The position numbers and the translations under genes are program-made. A DNA stretch of 64,000 nucleotides. It comes from Longimicrobiales bacterium (GTDB lineage: Bacteria; Gemmatimonadota; Gemmatimonadetes; Longimicrobiales; Gaopeijiaceae). The stretch covers positions 96,001 through 160,000 of the forward strand of contig CBDCNQ010000002.1 of assembly GCA_965219445.1 (NCBI GenBank). Direction: 5' to 3'. The notes below the pieces were generated by a model that was given only the letters and a program-made list of their open reading frames with translations, did no database searches and had not been told where the DNA came from. Shown here piece by piece: positions 1 through 9,917 of the stretch; position 1 is the first letter of the stretch; the number at the start of each line of letters is the position of its first letter.

Positions 1-137
1 AAACGACCGTGGTGCTCATTCTGGTAGCGGCGTCCGTCCAACTCGGAGCGTTGCTCAACGGGTTCGGGGGGTGGAAGAGCCGCCGCAGTGTCTTTCTGGT
101 CGGGCTCGTGGCCGGCATCGTGGGGGCATCTCTATGA
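1..137 (+). CDS. 3' end of membrane protein, probably PTS mannose/fructose/sorbose family IIC (partial)
   Basis: Frame from nt 3 reads TTVVLILVAASVQLGALLNGFGGWKSRRSVFLVGLVAGIVGASL*; its TGA overlaps the IID ATG (ATGA). IIC identity is from context only. Confidence 0.55.
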   Translation, partial: TTVVLILVAASVQLGALLNGFGGWKSRRSVFLVGLVAGIVGASL

Positions 138-886
138 CGGACCTGGAGCCGGCGAGACCGCCGGGCTGGGTGTCCAGCTTCCTCAGGCAGTTCATGATCC
201 AGGGATCCTGGAACTATCGTTCGATATTGGGCTCGGGATTCGCCTTCTGCATGATTCCCCTGCTCCGTAAACGTGGGCTCTCGGGGGACGGCCTAGACGA
301 TGCTGTTCGGAGTCAAATGGGGACCTTCAACGCCCACCCCTATCTCGCGGGGGTCGCACTCGGAGCCGTAGCCCGGATGGAGAGTATGGGTACGGACGCC
401 GAGACGATCGAGAGGTTCAAGCGGGCCGTCCAGGGATCGCTCGGGGGGCTCGGGGATCTCCTGATCTGGGGAGCGTGGCGTCCCGCGACCATTCTGTTGG
501 CTCTGGTATTCGCTTGGGCTGGAGCCCCGCCTTGGGTTCCCGTATGCGTATTCCTGACCGTATATAATGGGGGGCACTTGGCGCTACGCTGGTGGGGGTA
601 CAGTCGGGGCCTTCAGTACGGCAAGGATGTGGGTGTGCGGCTTCGGGAAGCCGGACTTTCGCGGCTGGCCGAGCGCGCCTTTTCGGGAGGTGCGCTCCTT
701 CTCGGGATCTTGCTCGGGGCATTTCTTGTGAGCCACTTTGCCTCTGTGGACGCCGGCGGACTTTGGTCGTTCGCTGGAATTGCCGCGTTTGGACTGGGGC
801 TCAGGTTTGGGCACCGTGCTCTGCGGGGGACCACGCTCGTCATTGTTCTCGTCATCACGTTGCTCACGGCGCTGGGAAACGCATGA
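134..886 (+). CDS. PTS mannose/fructose/sorbose family IID component
   Basis: QGSWNY, FNAHPY and GSLGGLGD motifs of EIID-Man; ATG at 134 coupled to the upstream stop. Confidence 0.85.
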   Translation: MTDLEPARPPGWVSSFLRQFMIQGSWNYRSILGSGFAFCMIPLLRKRGLSGDGLDDAVRSQMGTFNAHPYLAGVALGAVARMESMGTDAETIERFKRAVQGSLGGLGDLLIWGAWRPATILLALVFAWAGAPPWVPVCVFLTVYNGGHLALRWWGYSRGLQYGKDVGVRLREAGLSRLAERAFSGGALLLGILLGAFLVSHFASVDAGGLWSFAGIAAFGLGLRFGHRALRGTTLVIVLVITLLTALGNA

Positions 887-1170
887 CCGACAACCGGATC
901 GAACGCTGGGTGGAGATCGTCAATCCACTGGGCTTTCATGCCCGTCCGGCGGCGGAGTTCGTGCGGTTGGCTGCATCGTTTGATTCCGATCTGTGGCTCG
1001 AAAAGGACGGTGTGGAGGTGAACGCCAAGAGCATCATGGGGGTGCTTATGTTGGCGGCGGAGGTGGGATCGCAGCTGGTGATCCGTGGAAACGGTCTAGA
1101 CGCAGAAGACGCCATTGCCGCTCTGGCGGACCTGATCACCAGAGGTTTCGAGGAGATGCACGGTGTCTAA
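883..1170 (+). CDS. ptsH: Phosphocarrier protein HPr
   Basis: GFHARPAA (His15) and NAKSIMG (Ser46) motifs; ATGA overlap with IID. Confidence 0.95.
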   Translation: MTDNRIERWVEIVNPLGFHARPAAEFVRLAASFDSDLWLEKDGVEVNAKSIMGVLMLAAEVGSQLVIRGNGLDAEDAIAALADLITRGFEEMHGV

Positions 1171-2941
1171 GGTCCTTGACGGCATTGGCGCTTCCGAGGG
1201 GATCGGTGCGGGCCGGGTGCACATCTTGAATTGGGGCGTGCCGGACGTGCCACACCGGTCCATCGATCCCGACGAGGAGGAGGGGGAGGAACAGCATCTT
1301 CGGGAGGTCTTCGAGTGGGCGAAGAAAAGGCTCCTCGACCTCGAGGACTCGACCGAAGAGCGACTCGGTGTGGTGGAGGCGAGAATCTTCGAGCCGCAGC
1401 TTCTCATGTTGGAGGATGAGGAGCTGATCGAGGGTGCTGCACGATACATACGTGACAATCGTCTTTCCGCCGCCCGCGCGTTGGACTGGCGCCTGCTCGA
1501 GCTCCAGGCGAGGTGGAGCCGGACCGCCCACCCCATGGTGCTCGATCGGCTCAATGACCTCCAGGATCTCCAGGTCAGACTGCTGCATCAACTCCTGGGT
1601 CTTCCGGACCCGACTGACGTTTCCGGACTAGGGGAAAACGTCATCATCGTCGCCCGTAATCTGACTCCCAGCCTTACGGTTCAATTCGATCCCGAATTGG
1701 TTCTGGGGATCGCGGCCGATCACGGAACGCGGACTGCTCACTGGGTGATGCTCGCGCGCTCCCTCGGGATTCCCACGGTATGCGGAATGGGCGTCGTGTC
1801 GGAGCAGGCCAGGTCGGGGCAGGAGGCCATCGTAGATGGTCGGATCGGGAGGGTGATCTTGGATCCCGAGGATCACGATCGCACCTTGTTCCGAGGGCGA
1901 GAGAGCCAGATTCTCGCCTGGGAGGAGGAGCTCGAGACCATTGCCCAACTCGAGTCGATCACCGCCGACGAGCAACCCGTAGCGCTCCGCGGGAACTTGG
2001 ATCTGCCGGGAGAGGCGGAGAGGGCTCGCATCCACGGGGCGCAAGGCATCGGCCTGTTCCGAACCGAATTTCTGGTCGTCGGCCAGAATCAAATGCCGGG
2101 TGAAGAGGACCAGTACTTGGCCTATCGAAGCGTTGCCGAGGCTTTCCCCAAACAGGTGGTCACGATACGCACGTTCGATCTCGGCGGCGACAAATTCCCG
2201 ATGTTCCTGCACATGCCCGCGGAGGAGAATCCGTTCCTCGGATGGCGTGCGATCCGTGTTTGCCTGGACGAACCTGAGTTGTTCCGCACGCAGCTGCGAG
2301 CCATCCTCCGAGCCTCCGCCCACGGCGACATTCGGATCATGGTCCCGCTGGTCAACGACGTCGAAGAGATCCGGCAGGTCCGGGAGTTCGTCCAGGAGGA
2401 GGAGGCGCGTCTCCGCCAAAAGGGAATTCCGTTCAACACCGGCAATAAGCTCGGCATCCTGGTGGAAACACCCGCGGCGGCTTTGGAGGCGGTGGAACTG
2501 GCTCGGCACAGTGATTTTTTCTCGATCGGTACGAACGACCTCACCCAATACACACTGGCGGTGGATCGAACGAGCGCGAGGCTGGCCAAGCTCTTCAATC
2601 CCTTCCATCCCGCGGTCGTCCAGCAACTGAGCAGCGTCTCGCGGGTGGCCAAGAACGCTGGCATCGAGGTGAGCGTATGCGGCGAGATGGCCGCGAATCC
2701 GTTGGGCGCCTTTCTGCTGCTTGGGCTCGACATCACGACCCTCTCTGTCGCTTGGCCCTCGCTCCCGGAGGTGAAGAAGATCGTGCGTTGTTTCCGCATG
2801 GAAGACGCGCGACGTGCTGCCAGGGCCGCAGTCACCGCACCGACGAGCCGCGACGTCGTGGAATGCCTGGTGGATGGGATTGGCGGGAGCGTGGACCTGT
2901 CGGCGTTCTCGGGCAGATGGCACCTCCCCACTTTGGATTGA
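1163..2941 (+). CDS. ptsI: PEP-protein phosphotransferase (PTS enzyme I)
   Basis: RTAH phospho-His region, GLFRTEF, ENPFLGWRAIR, SIGTNDLTQY, CGEMA. Confidence 0.95.
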   Translation: MSKVLDGIGASEGIGAGRVHILNWGVPDVPHRSIDPDEEEGEEQHLREVFEWAKKRLLDLEDSTEERLGVVEARIFEPQLLMLEDEELIEGAARYIRDNRLSAARALDWRLLELQARWSRTAHPMVLDRLNDLQDLQVRLLHQLLGLPDPTDVSGLGENVIIVARNLTPSLTVQFDPELVLGIAADHGTRTAHWVMLARSLGIPTVCGMGVVSEQARSGQEAIVDGRIGRVILDPEDHDRTLFRGRESQILAWEEELETIAQLESITADEQPVALRGNLDLPGEAERARIHGAQGIGLFRTEFLVVGQNQMPGEEDQYLAYRSVAEAFPKQVVTIRTFDLGGDKFPMFLHMPAEENPFLGWRAIRVCLDEPELFRTQLRAILRASAHGDIRIMVPLVNDVEEIRQVREFVQEEEARLRQKGIPFNTGNKLGILVETPAAALEAVELARHSDFFSIGTNDLTQYTLAVDRTSARLAKLFNPFHPAVVQQLSSVSRVAKNAGIEVSVCGEMAANPLGAFLLLGLDITTLSVAWPSLPEVKKIVRCFRMEDARRAARAAVTAPTSRDVVECLVDGIGGSVDLSAFSGRWHLPTLD

Positions 2942-3000
2942 CGTGGCTGGTGGCGTCGGAATAGCTTTTTCGTTCAGCGAGCGGCCATCGCTTCGCATTC

Positions 3001-3039
3001 CTTGAACAAGCCCTAGAAGAACTTGATTCAGCCCTAGAA
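3001..3039. repeat. Imperfect 18-bp direct repeat with 21-bp period upstream of metK
   Basis: cttgaacaagccctagaa (3001-3018) and cttgattcagccctagaa (3022-3039), 15/18 identical. Confidence 0.6.
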
Positions 3040-3059
3040 AAAAAGGTCTCAAGGCACCC

Positions 3060-4238
3060 GTGAGCCATACTCTCTTCACGTCCGAATCCGTCACCGAAGG
3101 CCACCCGGACAAGGTCGCCGATCAGATTTCCGACGCAGTCCTGGACGCCATGCTGAAGGACGACCCGGGGTCCCGGGTGGCGTGTGAGACGCTCGTGACC
3201 ACGGGCTTGGCTGTCGTCGCGGGGGAAATCACCTCCGTCAGCCAGGTCGATGTACCTACGTTGGTACGGAAGACGATCCTCGATATCGGCTATGACGATG
3301 CGGAGTACGGGATCGATGGGACCGCCTGTGAGGTGCTCACGACTATTCACCAACAATCCCCGCACATCGCCATGGGTGTGGACACCGGTGGTGCGGGCGA
3401 CCAGGGTATGATGTTCGGGTACGCCACCGATGAGACCGCGGAGCGCATGCCCGCTCCCATCTCTTACGCCCATGCCCTGGTGCGACAGCTAGCGGCTGTG
3501 AGGCGCAACGGCGCGCTGCCGTGGATCCGCCCGGACGGCAAATCCCAAGTGAGCGTCGCCTATGAAAATGGCCGGCCGCGATCCGTCGACACGGTCGTGG
3601 TCAGCACGCAGCACGCACCGGGCGTTGACAACGACACCATTCGAGAGGGTGTCCTTCGCGAAGTGATCATTCCCGCCATCCCCTCGGAACTTCTCGATCC
3701 CGACACGTGCACGTTTCACATCAATCCGACGGGCCAGTTCGTGATCGGAGGGCCCCACGGGGATACTGGATTGACCGGCCGTAAGATCATCGTCGACACG
3801 TACGGCGGCATGGGCCGGCACGGTGGCGGCGCGTTCAGCGGAAAGGATCCGACCAAAGTCGATCGGTCGGCCGCGTACGCAGCGCGGTGGGCCGCGCGAA
3901 ACCTCGTGGACGCCGGAGTGGCCTCGCGCTGTGAGATTCAGCTTGCCTACGCCATCGGCGTAGCCCGACCGGTGTCGATTCTCGTCGATACCTTCGGGAC
4001 CGGGAAGCTCCCCGATCAGCAGCTGGCGAGTGCCCTCGAGAACGTGTTCGATTTTCGACCCCAGGCGATTATCGACCGACTGAAACTGCGGACGCCGATC
4101 TTTCTTCCGACTGCCGCCCACGGACACTTCGGGCGTACACCGGAATCGCTGTGCCTCCCCGAGGGTGGCTCCGTCGAACTGTTTCCGTGGGAGAGGTCCG
4201 ATCGAGTGGATGATATCCGAACGGAACTGAAGATCTAG
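3060..4238 (+). CDS. metK: S-adenosylmethionine synthetase
   Basis: [35 protein letters not shown]. Confidence 0.98.
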   Translation: MSHTLFTSESVTEGHPDKVADQISDAVLDAMLKDDPGSRVACETLVTTGLAVVAGEITSVSQVDVPTLVRKTILDIGYDDAEYGIDGTACEVLTTIHQQSPHIAMGVDTGGAGDQGMMFGYATDETAERMPAPISYAHALVRQLAAVRRNGALPWIRPDGKSQVSVAYENGRPRSVDTVVVSTQHAPGVDNDTIREGVLREVIIPAIPSELLDPDTCTFHINPTGQFVIGGPHGDTGLTGRKIIVDTYGGMGRHGGGAFSGKDPTKVDRSAAYAARWAARNLVDAGVASRCEIQLAYAIGVARPVSILVDTFGTGKLPDQQLASALENVFDFRPQAIIDRLKLRTPIFLPTAAHGHFGRTPESLCLPEGGSVELFPWERSDRVDDIRTELKI

Positions 4239-4338
4239 CCGGTAACCCCTGAACGCCTTCGCGTAGAAACTCCCGCTGAACTCCGGAGTATTGGTTGTAT
4301 CGAACGTTGGGCGTCTGAATTTGAAGAAGGCGGAGTCG

Positions 4339-4866
4339 TTGCTCGTTCAAGTTTCCGTACAGAGTCTCGGATTGGACCGTGCGTCCAATACACCGGTGGT
4401 CATCCTCCAGGAGCATGAGGGCGAGCGCGTGCTCCCTATATGGATCGGCCCCGGAGAGGCCAGCGCCATCGCCATGGAACTCGCCGACATGAAGTTCTCA
4501 CGGCCACTCACACATGACCTGCTCGCCTCAGTTGTGGGTGGTCTCGGGGGTGCTCTCCAGAAGGTCATTATCAGCCGGGTCGAAGAGAACACGTATTTCG
4601 CGGAAATGATCATACGGAGAAATGGAGAGGTGATCTCGGTCGACGCCCGTCCTTCGGACTCGATTGCGGTCGCGCTCCGGCTCCAAGCCGATATCTTCGC
4701 TCATGAAACGCTGTTGGAGCGCACACCCCTCGAAGGGCCAGGAGAGTTGACGGTCGGTGAGCCGCCGGTACCTGAGGGGGAGCCCGACACTGAGATGGCT
4801 GCCGAGGAACTCAAGGAGTACCTGCGGAAGCTTGCTCCCGAGGATTTTGGCCGCTTCACTCCGTAG
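4339..4866 (+). CDS. Bifunctional nuclease family protein (DUF151)
   Basis: LPIWIG, RPLTHDL, DARPSDSIA; TTG start at 4339 after GGAG. Confidence 0.88.
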   Translation: MLVQVSVQSLGLDRASNTPVVILQEHEGERVLPIWIGPGEASAIAMELADMKFSRPLTHDLLASVVGGLGGALQKVIISRVEENTYFAEMIIRRNGEVISVDARPSDSIAVALRLQADIFAHETLLERTPLEGPGELTVGEPPVPEGEPDTEMAAEELKEYLRKLAPEDFGRFTP

Positions 4867-5995
4867 TCTTGCCGCATTCGCGGCGATGCTCGTGTGCGTC
4901 GTTTTGAGCGGGGCGTCCGCCGTCTTGGGCCAGGGCAACCCACCATCTTCTTCGCTCCAACAGGAATCCTCCATTCTCGAAGGGATCGTACTCGAGGGTG
5001 ACTCGACCCTCGATACAGGGACCGTCGTCCTCCACCACGTGGGCCCAGACGGGTCGGGAGAGGTGGATACGATCACTCTAGGGGTGGGGGGTGAATTCCG
5101 TTTCTTGCTTCCGAGCCCGCCGGACGCCGACATCCAGGGTGACGTCTATTTCGCCTCCGTCGACTATCAGGGGGTTATGTATTTCGGGTCCGCGATCACG
5201 GTGCGGGAGCAGCTCGACAGCTTGTACGTGGTTCAAGTATACCAAGCGGAAGAGGTGCCACCGGAGGGCGTGTCTCTACCGGTGGAGGTACGCACCATGT
5301 TCATCGAGTTTGCCGGCGAGTGGGTCGTAACTGACCTTTTCGCTCTCGATAATCGGGGCACCCGAACCCTCGTGGCGCAGGACGACGGTGTGGTGTGGAG
5401 TTATCCTCTCCCTTCGGGGGCTACCCGGGCGGAACTGGGGGAGGGCGACATGCCACCGGGCGCGGTCACGTTCGAAGGGGGACGAGTCTTCGTCACTGCT
5501 CCGCTTCCTCCCGGAGACCGGCTACTCATGATCCGGTACCAACTCGAGGATTTGGGATTTACGATTCCCGCTCCGGGGAGAACCGAGGTGTTCGAGGTCC
5601 TGGTCAAGGAGCCCGCCCCACCGTTTCGGGTGGAGGGCTTGGAACCCGTGGACGTCGTGGCTGTCTCGCCGGGATCCTCCTATCGCCGCTATGGGGGGGC
5701 CGAACTGATGGACCGGAATCTCACGATAGTGGAGACTGAGGACCGAAGTCCCCCTCCGTTCGAATGGCTCGCAGTGTTGACCGCCGCGATGTTGGCGGTG
5801 GGCGGATTCCTCACGTACGCACGTCCGCGAACACCAGTACCGGCGTGGGCGGATGGGGGGTTGGGGCGTGAAGCGCTGATCCTGGAGGTGGCCCGGGTCG
5901 ACGATGCGCTTGATGAAGTGCCAGAGCCCGAGACGCGAACGGAGCTCCGCGAGCGGCGTGTAGCACTTCTGTCTCTTCTCCGGAATAGCGACTGA
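4847..5995 (+). CDS. Exported protein with C-terminal TM anchor, function unknown (start uncertain, 4847 or 4886)
   Basis: Signal-peptide-like N-terminus, beta-rich body, TM segment WLAVLTAAMLAVGGFLTY, helical tail. Confidence 0.7.
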   Translation: MAASLRSLAAFAAMLVCVVLSGASAVLGQGNPPSSSLQQESSILEGIVLEGDSTLDTGTVVLHHVGPDGSGEVDTITLGVGGEFRFLLPSPPDADIQGDVYFASVDYQGVMYFGSAITVREQLDSLYVVQVYQAEEVPPEGVSLPVEVRTMFIEFAGEWVVTDLFALDNRGTRTLVAQDDGVVWSYPLPSGATRAELGEGDMPPGAVTFEGGRVFVTAPLPPGDRLLMIRYQLEDLGFTIPAPGRTEVFEVLVKEPAPPFRVEGLEPVDVVAVSPGSSYRRYGGAELMDRNLTIVETEDRSPPPFEWLAVLTAAMLAVGGFLTYARPRTPVPAWADGGLGREALILEVARVDDALDEVPEPETRTELRERRVALLSLLRNSD

Positions 5996-6009
5996 CGAGT
6001 AGGGGCGAG

Positions 6010-6762
6010 ATGACGGTCGTCAGCACTCCGGCGGTTCTACTCAGGTCCTTCGATTACAGTGAAACGAGTCGAGTCCTCAAACTCTATACCAGGGACGTGG
6101 GACTCGTCAGCGTCATGGCGAAGGGCATCCGCCGAGGTGGAGCCCGCGGGCAGGGCGGCCTAGACACGTTCTCCCGAGGCGAACTCACGGCTTACATGCG
6201 GCCGACCCGTGATCTCCAGACGTTCAAGGAATTCGCGGTCGAACAAGCCGGTGCGTCTCTCGGGAAAGACGTGCTTCGCTTCGCGGGCGCTTCGTTACTC
6301 GCGGAGATCGTGCTCTTGCACGCCGCACCCGACCCGAGCCCCCAGGTATTCGAGCGCCTCACGGGTGCATTGGGGCGGATCGAAGCCGGGCCCCGGGTCG
6401 GAATTGTCGGAGCCGTGCTAGCCGAAGCGTGGATGCTCGTGAACACACTCGGATACGAGCCACAGATCGACGAGTGTGTCCATTGCGGCAGGCCGCTCGA
6501 CGCCTCGGAGGTGTCGCGCTTCGATTTTTCTGCCGGGGGCGTGCGCTGCTCCGACTGTGCTTTCGATCATTCGGGGCCCCTGGTGGGCCCGGGTGCCCGG
6601 CGTCAACTGGTCGCGTTACTCCAAGGGACGGTACCCGCAGCACTCGGGAAGCCCAGAGCCCATCTGCGCCTGCTGCATGACTTCGTGACCTATCACGTTT
6701 CCGGCTCGAAGCCCCTCAAGACCTTCCGAGTTTTCGGCGCAGTGGCGGGCTTCGACGAGTGA
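6010..6762 (+). CDS. recO: DNA repair protein RecO
   Basis: YSETS..L.LYT...G...VMAKG OB-fold; CxxC...CxxC zinc finger. Confidence 0.93.
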   Translation: MTVVSTPAVLLRSFDYSETSRVLKLYTRDVGLVSVMAKGIRRGGARGQGGLDTFSRGELTAYMRPTRDLQTFKEFAVEQAGASLGKDVLRFAGASLLAEIVLLHAAPDPSPQVFERLTGALGRIEAGPRVGIVGAVLAEAWMLVNTLGYEPQIDECVHCGRPLDASEVSRFDFSAGGVRCSDCAFDHSGPLVGPGARRQLVALLQGTVPAALGKPRAHLRLLHDFVTYHVSGSKPLKTFRVFGAVAGFDE

Positions 6763-8675
6763 ATCAGAAGCGCCTGATCCTCGGTACCGCCGGCCATATC
6801 GATCACGGGAAGACGGCGCTTGTGAAGTTGCTGACCGGTGTGGATACCGATCGCCTTCAAGAAGAGAAGGCCCGCGGAATCACGATCGAGCTCGGATTCG
6901 CAGACTTCGCACCCAGGGAGGACCTCCGAATGGGGGTGGTCGACGTCCCGGGCCACGAGGGTTTCATCCGCAACATGCTCGCGGGTGCCACGGGTATGGA
7001 CCTAGTCCTGATGGTGGTGGCGGCCGACGAGGGAATGATGCCGCAAACCCGGGAGCACCTTGAGATCATCCGCCTGCTCGGCGTCGAGCAAATAGTGGTC
7101 GCCTTGACCAAATCCGACCTCGTGGAAGAGGAGTGGCTCCCGCTGGTCGAGGAGGAGGTGCGAGAGGCCCTTCGGGAGTCGCCCTACAGCCAGGCGCCCC
7201 TCGTGGTCACATCGACCGTGACCGGCGCCGGGATCGAGACGCTCGAGGACAAATTGGTGGAGATCGCCGAGAGAGTAGGGAATCGTTCGAGCGAGGACCT
7301 CATCCGGCTGCCGATCGATCGGGCCTTTACGGTCAGGGGGACGGGAACGGTAGTTACAGGGACCCTCTGGAGCGGGCGCCTCTCCATCGGCGACGCTGTG
7401 GTCCTACAGCCATCCGGCGTCCGTGGGCGAGTGCGAGGTCTCCAGGTACACAGCGCTTCGGTCGAGCACGCTGGGGCGGGGGAGCGCACGGCGGTGGCGA
7501 TCACCGGCGGGGAAATCGATCTCGATACCGCCGAGCGCGGTCAGGTCCTCGTAGCCGATGGCGCTTGGGGGGCGACTGGAATGCTCACAGTGCAGCTGCG
7601 CGTCGTTCACGGGACGGGGTGGACGGTCAAACATGGTCAGCGCGTCCGTGTACACCTCGGTACCACGGAGGTGATGGCCCGCGTGGTCACGCTGGAGGGG
7701 GGCGAGGTGCGGCCGGGGGAAGAGGGGTGGGCCCAGCTTCGCTTGGAGCGGCCACTCTTGGCACGAACGCGGGACCGGTTCGTGATCCGGTCTTACTCCC
7801 CCGTGACCACGATCGGAGGAGGCGTCGTCGTCGAGGCTCTCCCAGCAAAACGAAAGAAACTGCGTAACAATGAGGCCTCGGAGTTGAATGCGATCATCCA
7901 CGGGGAGGCCGAGGCGGCTCTCAGTGCCGCACTTCGGTTGACTTCTTGGAGAGGGATTGCCGTGGACGAAGTGTCGGTACGTACGGGCCTTTCGCCCGCG
8001 GCGGCCAGGGCGGCGAGAATAGCGCTCGTCGAGGACGGGGCCCGCGAGGCCGGAGGTCGGCTATTCGACGTGTCGATCGTCGAGGCGTCTCGAACGCTCA
8101 TGAATGACGCCGTCGACGCATTCCATAGAGACGAACCCCTTCGCGCCGGCATCACGGTGGAACTATTACGCCAGACAGTACCGACCCACGATGAAGGACG
8201 ACTCGCCGACCTCCTCTTGAGTGAAGCCGTCACGTCCGGATCCATAGAGGTCCGGGACAGCGTCGTGTCGCGGCCCGGATATGAGCCCGTGGTAACCGAT
8301 CGGCAGCGAGATGTCATGAACGAGGTGCTGGATCTCTACCGGAAAGCCGGGTTGGCGGCTCCCATGGTCTCGGAGCTGCCAGAGACAATACGGGACCGCG
8401 ACGATCTCTGGCCCCTCTTGAAGCTGTTGGAGCGTCGAGGTCATCTGGTTGCGTTGGAGAACGAGCTCTTCATCGACGCCGAGCGGTTTTCAGCGGCGGC
8501 CGAGCGGGTTGCAACGGAGCTCGCCGGCGCGACCGGACTGGGCCCCGCTGACTTCCGTGAATTGCTTCCCGTGACCCGCAAGCACTTGATCCCCATCCTG
8601 AGTCACTTCGATCAAACCGGACTGACGACGCGGGGGCCGGGCGGGAGAAACGTCGGTACGAGGAGACAAAGTTAG
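6759..8675 (+). CDS. selB: Selenocysteine-specific elongation factor
   Basis: GTAGHIDHGKT, EEKARGITIELGF, DVPGHE, C-terminal winged helix TRKHLIPIL; 638 aa. Confidence 0.96.
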   Translation: MNQKRLILGTAGHIDHGKTALVKLLTGVDTDRLQEEKARGITIELGFADFAPREDLRMGVVDVPGHEGFIRNMLAGATGMDLVLMVVAADEGMMPQTREHLEIIRLLGVEQIVVALTKSDLVEEEWLPLVEEEVREALRESPYSQAPLVVTSTVTGAGIETLEDKLVEIAERVGNRSSEDLIRLPIDRAFTVRGTGTVVTGTLWSGRLSIGDAVVLQPSGVRGRVRGLQVHSASVEHAGAGERTAVAITGGEIDLDTAERGQVLVADGAWGATGMLTVQLRVVHGTGWTVKHGQRVRVHLGTTEVMARVVTLEGGEVRPGEEGWAQLRLERPLLARTRDRFVIRSYSPVTTIGGGVVVEALPAKRKKLRNNEASELNAIIHGEAEAALSAALRLTSWRGIAVDEVSVRTGLSPAAARAARIALVEDGAREAGGRLFDVSIVEASRTLMNDAVDAFHRDEPLRAGITVELLRQTVPTHDEGRLADLLLSEAVTSGSIEVRDSVVSRPGYEPVVTDRQRDVMNEVLDLYRKAGLAAPMVSELPETIRDRDDLWPLLKLLERRGHLVALENELFIDAERFSAAAERVATELAGATGLGPADFRELLPVTRKHLIPILSHFDQTGLTTRGPGGRNVGTRRQS

Positions 8676-8682
8676 GCAGGGG

Positions 8683-8711
8683 GGAACCAAATCAGGTGGA
8701 ACGGAGTCCTA
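8683..8711 (+). promoter_or_regulatory. Possible ECF-sigma promoter
   Basis: GGAACC-N17-GTCCTA upstream of the 8858 gene resembles the GGAAC...GTC ECF consensus. Confidence 0.3.
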
Positions 8712-8857
8712 AGGAACCAGGCGCGTTGGGGCCTGGAGAAGAGCGGTCTTTTCCACGATTTCGTGGCCTGTTATTGTGGATGTAACCGAGTAGGGTGCGA
8801 GTGGCAATCACCATGGAGGGCGATTAGTCCAACAGCTACGGCATAGGTGGATAAAGC

Positions 8858-9304
8858 ATGGGACGCATGCGGGGCGTCGTCCTGCTTTCTGCGCTTCTTG
8901 GCCTTGCGCCGGGAATTTCGGCCCAGGACCCCCCGGATGATTCAAGACCGGCCGGGGAGCAAGAAAGCGGATTTACACTTGGGCAGAACTATCCCAATCC
9001 GTTCAACCCTGAGACCAGGATTCCTTTCGATCTCCTCGAAGTCCTGTTTTCAGATGGACGAACGGCCATTGTATCCGTCCGCATCTACAACGTCCTCCAG
9101 CAGTTTGTCGCCACCCCGACTGCACTCGGTCACACGAGCGGACAAGCTCCCCTCGTCGATCTCGAATACGTGACTCCGGGCCGGTACGAGGCGTATTGGG
9201 ATGGGCTCGATCAGTCCGGTCGAGAGGTGGCCTCGGGCATTTACTTCGTACAGCTGACCGTGAACGGCGCTACTGCCGTAATGCGGATGTACGTGGCGAA
9301 GTAG
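8858..9304 (+). CDS. Small secreted protein made of a FlgD-Ig/T9SS type-A sorting-like domain
   Basis: Signal peptide, then LGQNYPNPFNPETRI...IYNVL...WDGLDQSGREVASGIYFVQL. Confidence 0.8.
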   Translation: MGRMRGVVLLSALLGLAPGISAQDPPDDSRPAGEQESGFTLGQNYPNPFNPETRIPFDLLEVLFSDGRTAIVSVRIYNVLQQFVATPTALGHTSGQAPLVDLEYVTPGRYEAYWDGLDQSGREVASGIYFVQLTVNGATAVMRMYVAK

Positions 9305-9305
9305 C

Positions 9306-9758
9306 TCAGGTCGCCCTCTCCTCCAACAACGTCAGAAAATCTTCAGGACTCTCCAGACCAGCCAATAGGCTCGGTACGTCATCGTCCTTCGCGAATTGGG
9401 CGATCTTGCCGAGGACCGGAAGGTACTGATTGGATACCTCGAGTGGGGGCGCCACAATGAGGAAGAAGTTGGACACGGGTTCATCGTCGATGGCCTTGAA
9501 TTCGACCCCTCCCGGCTTCCTCCCAAAGGCAAGTTGGAGACGGTTCACCACCAGAGACCGACAGTGGGGAATTGCTATTCCACGTCCGATTCCCGTCGAT
9601 CCAAGGTTCTCTCGGCGCTTGAGAGTCTTGTAGAGAATCCCCTTCGACTTTTCATCGAGCTGGAGAAGAGAGACCAGTTGCTTGACCGTCTCGTCTTTCG
9701 ACTCCGCAGTGAGATTGAGGTTCACGACATCGGCCGTGAACAGTTCCCTGAGCTTCAT
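9306..9758 (-). CDS. PTS IIA component (Ntr/fructose type)
   Basis: RRENLGSTGIGRGIAIPHC phospho-His motif; start MKLRELF at 9758. Confidence 0.9.
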   Translation of the reverse strand: MKLRELFTADVVNLNLTAESKDETVKQLVSLLQLDEKSKGILYKTLKRRENLGSTGIGRGIAIPHCRSLVVNRLQLAFGRKPGGVEFKAIDDEPVSNFFLIVAPPLEVSNQYLPVLGKIAQFAKDDDVPSLLAGLESPEDFLTLLEERAT

Positions 9759-9917
9759 ATGTGCACCTCGGAAGGGGGCGACCCTTCGTGGATTCGAGAT
9801 CCGTGAGCAATGACCGTGGAATATCTTCGGCGATCCAAGGACTGTCAAAGCTTAGACGGCTGTTGAAGAAATTACTGGCCCTTCACCCGTGTTCAGCCGG
9901 ACCCTACCTTTCTTTAC

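Noticed and set aside
1628..3112. 494-aa antisense ORF over ptsI, and similar long shadow ORFs (28475-29695, 29786-30868, 59664-60902)
   Set aside because: They lie opposite well-supported genes, have no motifs, and are expected in high-GC DNA.
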